A stretch of DNA of 64,000 nucleotides from Gammaproteobacteria bacterium (lineage in GTDB: Bacteria; Pseudomonadota; Gammaproteobacteria; PS1; Pseudothioglobaceae): assembly GCA_029243595.1 (NCBI GenBank), contig JAQWRQ010000028.1:40321-104320 (forward strand), written 5' to 3'. This document shows, piece after piece, positions 60,156 through 64,000 of the stretch (the stretch's first letter is position 1; each line of letters begins with the position of its first letter). Made by a program: the position numbers and the translations under genes. The notes under the pieces were generated by a model. It did not search any database, was not told where the DNA came from, and was given only the letters and a program-made list of their open reading frames with translations.

Positions 60156-61390
60156 GATTGATTCCTTAATTGCTTTAATTTCTCACTGATTTTAACCTCT
60201 AAACCCCGATCCGTTGGCACATAATAAACTTGCTCGCCTAGCGCTTCTGGAAAATAAGTTTGCCCCGTAGCAACCGCATCTGTTTCATCATGTGCATAAC
60301 GATAGCCTTCGCCTTCGCCATTATTTAGCCCGGCTGTGGCATTACATAAATGCTTAGGCACACCTAGATCACCTGTGGCTTTAGCCGTATCCATCGCCTG
60401 ATTAAAGGCCTTATAAACCGCATTTGACTTGGGCGCTACCGCACAATACGTAGCCGCCTGAGCAATAGCACGACACCCCTCTTTATCGCCCACACGCTCA
60501 TATACATCCCACGCATTAAGAGTGACTTCTAACGCTCTTGGGTCAGCGTTACCAATATCTTCTGAGGCGATGGCCAACAAACGCCGAGCAATGGTTTTAG
60601 GATCACAACCACCCACTAACATTCTAGCCATCCAATATAGCGCGCCATCTGGTGAAGAGCCACGCACCGATTTGTGAAAAGCGGAAAGTTGTTGATAAAA
60701 AATATCCCCGCCTTTATCAAAAACGCTAATTTTATCTTGTAACAATTGCCCGATCGATTGCGCATCTAATACGCTCAACTTAGCCAAAGCAATTTGTTCA
60801 ACAATATTAATCAAACGACGTGCATCACCACTACTGGCGTTAATAATTTGTGTGCTTACTTCCTGGTCATTAATTTCAAGCTGCTCATGTGCCAGCGCCC
60901 GATTTAGTATTTGAGATAATTCCTGCACACTTAAAGAATTAAGCACATATACACTCAAACGCGACAAAAGTGCCCGGTTCAGTTCGAATGATGGATTCTC
61001 AGTGGTGGCGCCAATCAGTGTGATGAGACCCGATTCGATATGTGGCAGAAAACCATCTTGCTGTGCTTTGTTAAACCGATGTATTTCATCAACAAATAAA
61101 ATGGTCTTTTGCCCGATATTTTGAAACTTCTTGGCATTCTCAACTACGGCTCTCAATTCTTTAACGCCGTCTAATACCGCACTCATTTGTGCAAAATGAC
61201 CATCGACTTGGCTAGCAATAATACGAGCTAAAGTGGTTTTTCCCGTGCCTGATGGCCCCCACAAAATCATTGAATGCAGTTGCTGACGATCAATTGCTTG
61301 CTTAAGTGGATGACTGTCACTCAATAAATGCGACTGCCCAAAAAAATCATCCAATATTTGCGGTCTTAAATTTTCAGCTAAGGGCTTCAT
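60152..61390 (-). CDS. rarA: Replication-associated recombination protein A (AAA+ ATPase)
   Basis: 412 aa. Has LRPQ.LDDF.GQ.HLL, Walker A GPSGTGKTT and Walker B FVDEIHRFNK. The MgsA C-terminal domain is present. Confidence 0.9.
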   Translation of the reverse strand: MKPLAENLRPQILDDFFGQSHLLSDSHPLKQAIDRQQLHSMILWGPSGTGKTTLARIIASQVDGHFAQMSAVLDGVKELRAVVENAKKFQNIGQKTILFVDEIHRFNKAQQDGFLPHIESGLITLIGATTENPSFELNRALLSRLSVYVLNSLSVQELSQILNRALAHEQLEINDQEVSTQIINASSGDARRLINIVEQIALAKLSVLDAQSIGQLLQDKISVFDKGGDIFYQQLSAFHKSVRGSSPDGALYWMARMLVGGCDPKTIARRLLAIASEDIGNADPRALEVTLNAWDVYERVGDKEGCRAIAQAATYCAVAPKSNAVYKAFNQAMDTAKATGDLGVPKHLCNATAGLNNGEGEGYRYAHDETDAVATGQTYFPEALGEQVYYVPTDRGLEVKISEKLKQLRNQS

Positions 61391-62331
61391 AGATTTATTT
61401 TTACCACTTTAAAATCATTGGATTGATTCAATATCAGCACAACCGATAAATTAAGCTGTTTAGCTAGCGCCATTGCTTTTTCACTGCCCATCGCCATCAT
61501 GGCAGTGGCATAAGCATCGGCCATCATGGTTTGCTTGTCGAGCACGCTCACCGACGCCAAATCCGTATTGGCCGGTAGCCCGCTACTTGGTGTCAAAATG
61601 TGCATATATCGCATATCCTCCCAAACAAAATAATTACGGTAGTTACCTGAAGTGGCAATTGCTTGATTGTTTAAAACTAGGGCAATCGGCTTAGCGCCAT
61701 TAGGCCGCTCTACGCCAAGCGTCCAATGCTTGTTATTTTTTTTACCACTTGCAATAACCTCCCCACCAATTTCTACGAGAAAATTTTTCACCTGATATTC
61801 TTTAAGTAAATTCGCCACTTGGTCGACGCCAAAGCCCTTAGCAATGGCTGACAAATTAATATGTATGTCTCTGATTTTTTTTACTTGGCTATTATTTAAT
61901 TGCAAATACTGAATAGATGACAACGGCAACAATTTTCCCACTTGTGCTCGGCTCGGTTTTGATACTGTCTTAGTTGCACCAAACCCCCAGGCATTAATCA
62001 AACGACCCATGCCAGGGTCAAAATAACCTTGGGTTTGTTGATAAATTTTTTGTGACTGGCTTAGGACAAAAAACAATTCATCTGATACATCAACCCACTT
62101 ATTAATCGGCTTTTGATTAAGTAAAGACAGCTCTGAATTTTTATCCCAAGTTGAGAAGGTTTTATTAACTTGGGATAGCACTTGCTCAATTTGTAATTTG
62201 GAAACATTTGAGCCAACAGTTTTAACTGTATAGCCAGTACCCATAGTTGAGCCTGTGATTGTCTGTGTCGGCTGATTACTACCACAAGCACTCAAGCCTA
62301 AAAAGATAAAGATTAATAAGGCTCTAAGCAT
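61387..62331 (-). CDS. apbE: FAD:protein FMN transferase (ApbE family lipoprotein)
   Basis: 314 aa. Lipobox LSAC is present. Has MGT.Y.V, the GG.V fingerprint, and the SG.Y.N and ADA.ATA motifs. Confidence 0.85.
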   Translation of the reverse strand: MLRALLIFIFLGLSACGSNQPTQTITGSTMGTGYTVKTVGSNVSKLQIEQVLSQVNKTFSTWDKNSELSLLNQKPINKWVDVSDELFFVLSQSQKIYQQTQGYFDPGMGRLINAWGFGATKTVSKPSRAQVGKLLPLSSIQYLQLNNSQVKKIRDIHINLSAIAKGFGVDQVANLLKEYQVKNFLVEIGGEVIASGKKNNKHWTLGVERPNGAKPIALVLNNQAIATSGNYRNYFVWEDMRYMHILTPSSGLPANTDLASVSVLDKQTMMADAYATAMMAMGSEKAMALAKQLNLSVVLILNQSNDFKVVKINL

Positions 62332-62345
62332 TATATAATTTCGAC

Positions 62346-63524
62346 ATGTTGAGACTTATTTTTTGCTTGTTATTAACGACATTTGCATATGCAAATGATA
62401 CCACTGCGCGTAGCTTTGAATCCTTCTTAGCTGATATCCGTGCTCAGGCTATCAACCAAGGCATATCAACCGCCACATTAGACCAAGCCTTACACGGCTT
62501 AACCCCCAACCCTAAAGTGATTAAGTTCGACCAGTCGCAGGCAGAATTTAGTCAAAATTTTTGGCGTTATTTAGGCTCAAGAGTCAGCCCTTACCGACTT
62601 GAAAATGGCAAAAAATTACTAAAAAAACATCAAGACACCTTTCAACACAATTACAAAAAATACGGAGTTCCACCCCATATTATCGTGGCCTTTTGGGGCT
62701 TAGAAACCAACTATGGTAACAACACTGGTAATTTGAGCTTGGTTCGGTCTTTAGCTACCTTGAGTTTTGATGAAAGACGTTCGGTATTCTTTACCGAGCA
62801 ACTACTAACTTTGCTCAAGCTGATTGATGACAACAAGATTCCACTGGATGCCCAAGGCTCATGGGCGGGTGCGATGGGTAACGTACAATTTATGCCAACC
62901 AATGTCGCTGCTTATGGCGTTGATGCTGATGGCGATGGCAAGATCGGACTATGGGATAACAAAGCCGATATTTTTGCCAGTGCGGCTAACTTTTTACAAA
63001 AAATTGGCTGGCACCGAGGTGAGCGTTGGGGGCGAGAAGTTACTATTCCGTCAAGCTTTGACTACCAGCTGGCCAACCTCAACACTAAAAAAACCGTAAA
63101 TGAATGGCAAGCACTTGGCGTACGCACAGCGACTAACGAAAACCTGCCTAGCTCTACCATGAAGGCATCATTAGTATTGCCGATGGGTTATAACGGCCCG
63201 GCTTTTTTAGCTTATCGTAATTTCCGCGCCATTCTCAGATGGAACCATTCAATTCTATATGCTTTATCGGTTGGTCATTTGTCTGATCGTCTTGCCGGTA
63301 CTCGGCAATTATTTGCTGAACCTATTACTGAGCCTTCTTTGAGTCGTGACGATATTAAATTTATACAAACCTCACTCAATCAGCTAGGTTTTGACACCGG
63401 TGAGCCCGATGGCATATCTGGCCCTAAAACACGTGGCGCTACACGTCATTATCAACGCGCCAACCAATTACCCATTGATGGTTATGTTGGCTATCAATTA
63501 TTGCAACAATTACAAGCGTTGTGA
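62346..63524 (+). CDS. Lytic murein transglycosylase (MltB/Slt35-like) with C-terminal peptidoglycan-binding domain
   Basis: 392 aa with a signal peptide. Has WGLETNYG with the catalytic Glu, GNVQFMP and an EF-hand-like DADGDGKI. The C-terminal PG_binding_1-like repeat is LNQLGFDTGEPDGISGPKTRGATRHYQ. Confidence 0.8.
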   Translation: MLRLIFCLLLTTFAYANDTTARSFESFLADIRAQAINQGISTATLDQALHGLTPNPKVIKFDQSQAEFSQNFWRYLGSRVSPYRLENGKKLLKKHQDTFQHNYKKYGVPPHIIVAFWGLETNYGNNTGNLSLVRSLATLSFDERRSVFFTEQLLTLLKLIDDNKIPLDAQGSWAGAMGNVQFMPTNVAAYGVDADGDGKIGLWDNKADIFASAANFLQKIGWHRGERWGREVTIPSSFDYQLANLNTKKTVNEWQALGVRTATNENLPSSTMKASLVLPMGYNGPAFLAYRNFRAILRWNHSILYALSVGHLSDRLAGTRQLFAEPITEPSLSRDDIKFIQTSLNQLGFDTGEPDGISGPKTRGATRHYQRANQLPIDGYVGYQLLQQLQAL

Positions 63525-63949
63525 GCATCACAACCTATCTGGGCTTTGATGTTGGCACTAAGCGCACTGGTGTTGCCATTGCCAATAGCTTAACCCTGCA
63601 AGCCAGTGGCATTGAAGTGGTTACCCATCATAAAGATGGCTCAACCAATTGGGAAGGTTTTGATGCGATTATCAATACTCACAATGTCGATCTATTTATT
63701 GTCGGATTGCCATTTGATCAAGATGGTAAAGAACAAGAAATGACTTTTATTGCTAAATCATTTGCCAGAAAGCTCGAGAAACGTTACAACATAAAAACCC
63801 AGATGATTGATGAGTATTTATCTTCATCTGATGCCAAAAACCAACTAAAATACAACCATTATCATCCAAATGCCAAACGCGGCGAAGTTGATAAACGCTC
63901 AGCACAGTTAATATTGCAAACATGGTTAAATGAAAAAAGATTTGATTAG
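63521..63949 (+). CDS. ruvX: Putative pre-16S rRNA nuclease / Holliday-junction-resolvase-like YqgF
   Basis: 142 aa with a GTG start. Has the N-terminal LGFDVGTKRTGVA and an ERL.S-type C-terminus (DEYLSS). Confidence 0.9.
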   Translation: MSITTYLGFDVGTKRTGVAIANSLTLQASGIEVVTHHKDGSTNWEGFDAIINTHNVDLFIVGLPFDQDGKEQEMTFIAKSFARKLEKRYNIKTQMIDEYLSSSDAKNQLKYNHYHPNAKRGEVDKRSAQLILQTWLNEKRFD

Positions 63950-64000
63950 CAACGATGTTCAACTTAGCCCCGAAGGCAAGCTAATCCATTTATTAGGCCT
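63930..64000 (+). CDS. pyrB: Possible N-terminus of aspartate carbamoyltransferase (truncated by window end)
   Basis: ATG at 63930 gives MKKDLISNDVQLSPEGKLIHLLG. The QL...G.L.H.L pattern resembles the N-termini of pseudomonad-type PyrB, and ruvX-pyr synteny is common. Only 23 codons are visible. Confidence 0.35.
   Translation, partial: MKKDLISNDVQLSPEGKLIHLLG

Overview
This window is a gene-dense, AT-rich stretch of core chromosome with about 70 protein genes, two tRNAs and mostly short intergenic gaps (under about 170 bp). I found no rRNA, CRISPR array, IS element, integrase or prophage genes. The gene content points to a gammaproteobacterial sulfur-oxidising chemolithoautotroph, SUP05/Thioglobus-like, but that taxonomic call is inference only.

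Main blocks:
- **PPi and sugar-phosphate module (3.5-10 kb):** class I FBPase lies divergent from PPi-dependent phosphofructokinase, followed by adenylate kinase, an unknown 388-aa ORF and a K+-independent H+-pyrophosphatase.
- **Sulfite oxidation locus (10-17.3 kb):** the reverse APS pathway genes sat-aprM-aprB-aprA are followed by an uncharacterised trio (116-aa ORF, SlyD-type FKBP chaperone, 111-aa ORF) and a stand-alone YeeE/YedE sulfur-compound transporter.
- **Housekeeping genes:** lptC-lptA, thiE, an AddA-like helicase-nuclease, argS, polA, znuC, ccoGH, dapD, and the ubiA-rluC-tatD-X-rsmG-mnmG run.
- **Calvin-cycle/glycolytic cluster (37.5-44.8 kb):** tkt-gap-DUF302-pgk-pyk-fba.
- **Remaining genes:** a CPA2 antiporter, tRNA-Met, coaE, rsmI/yraN/BON, rnhB-purD, the metY(tRNA-fMet)-rimP-nusA-infB-rbfA-truB operon, gshB, crcB, rarA, apbE, mltB, ruvX and the start of a probable pyrB.

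I see no clear-cut novel system such as a defence island or mobile cassette. The best candidates for undescribed biology are:
- **The apr-linked trio:** it sits between an attenuator-like hairpin after aprA and its own terminator.
- **The 388-aa ORF between adk and hppA:** it carries an HxH-hydrophobic, HIT/GalT-like signature and could be an adenylyl-transfer enzyme of the APS/PPi economy.
- **An elongated LptC:** it has three tandem repeats of about 62 aa.
- **A DUF302 gene inside the CBB operon.**

All functional calls come from reading motifs and recalled homologs by eye. No database search was run.
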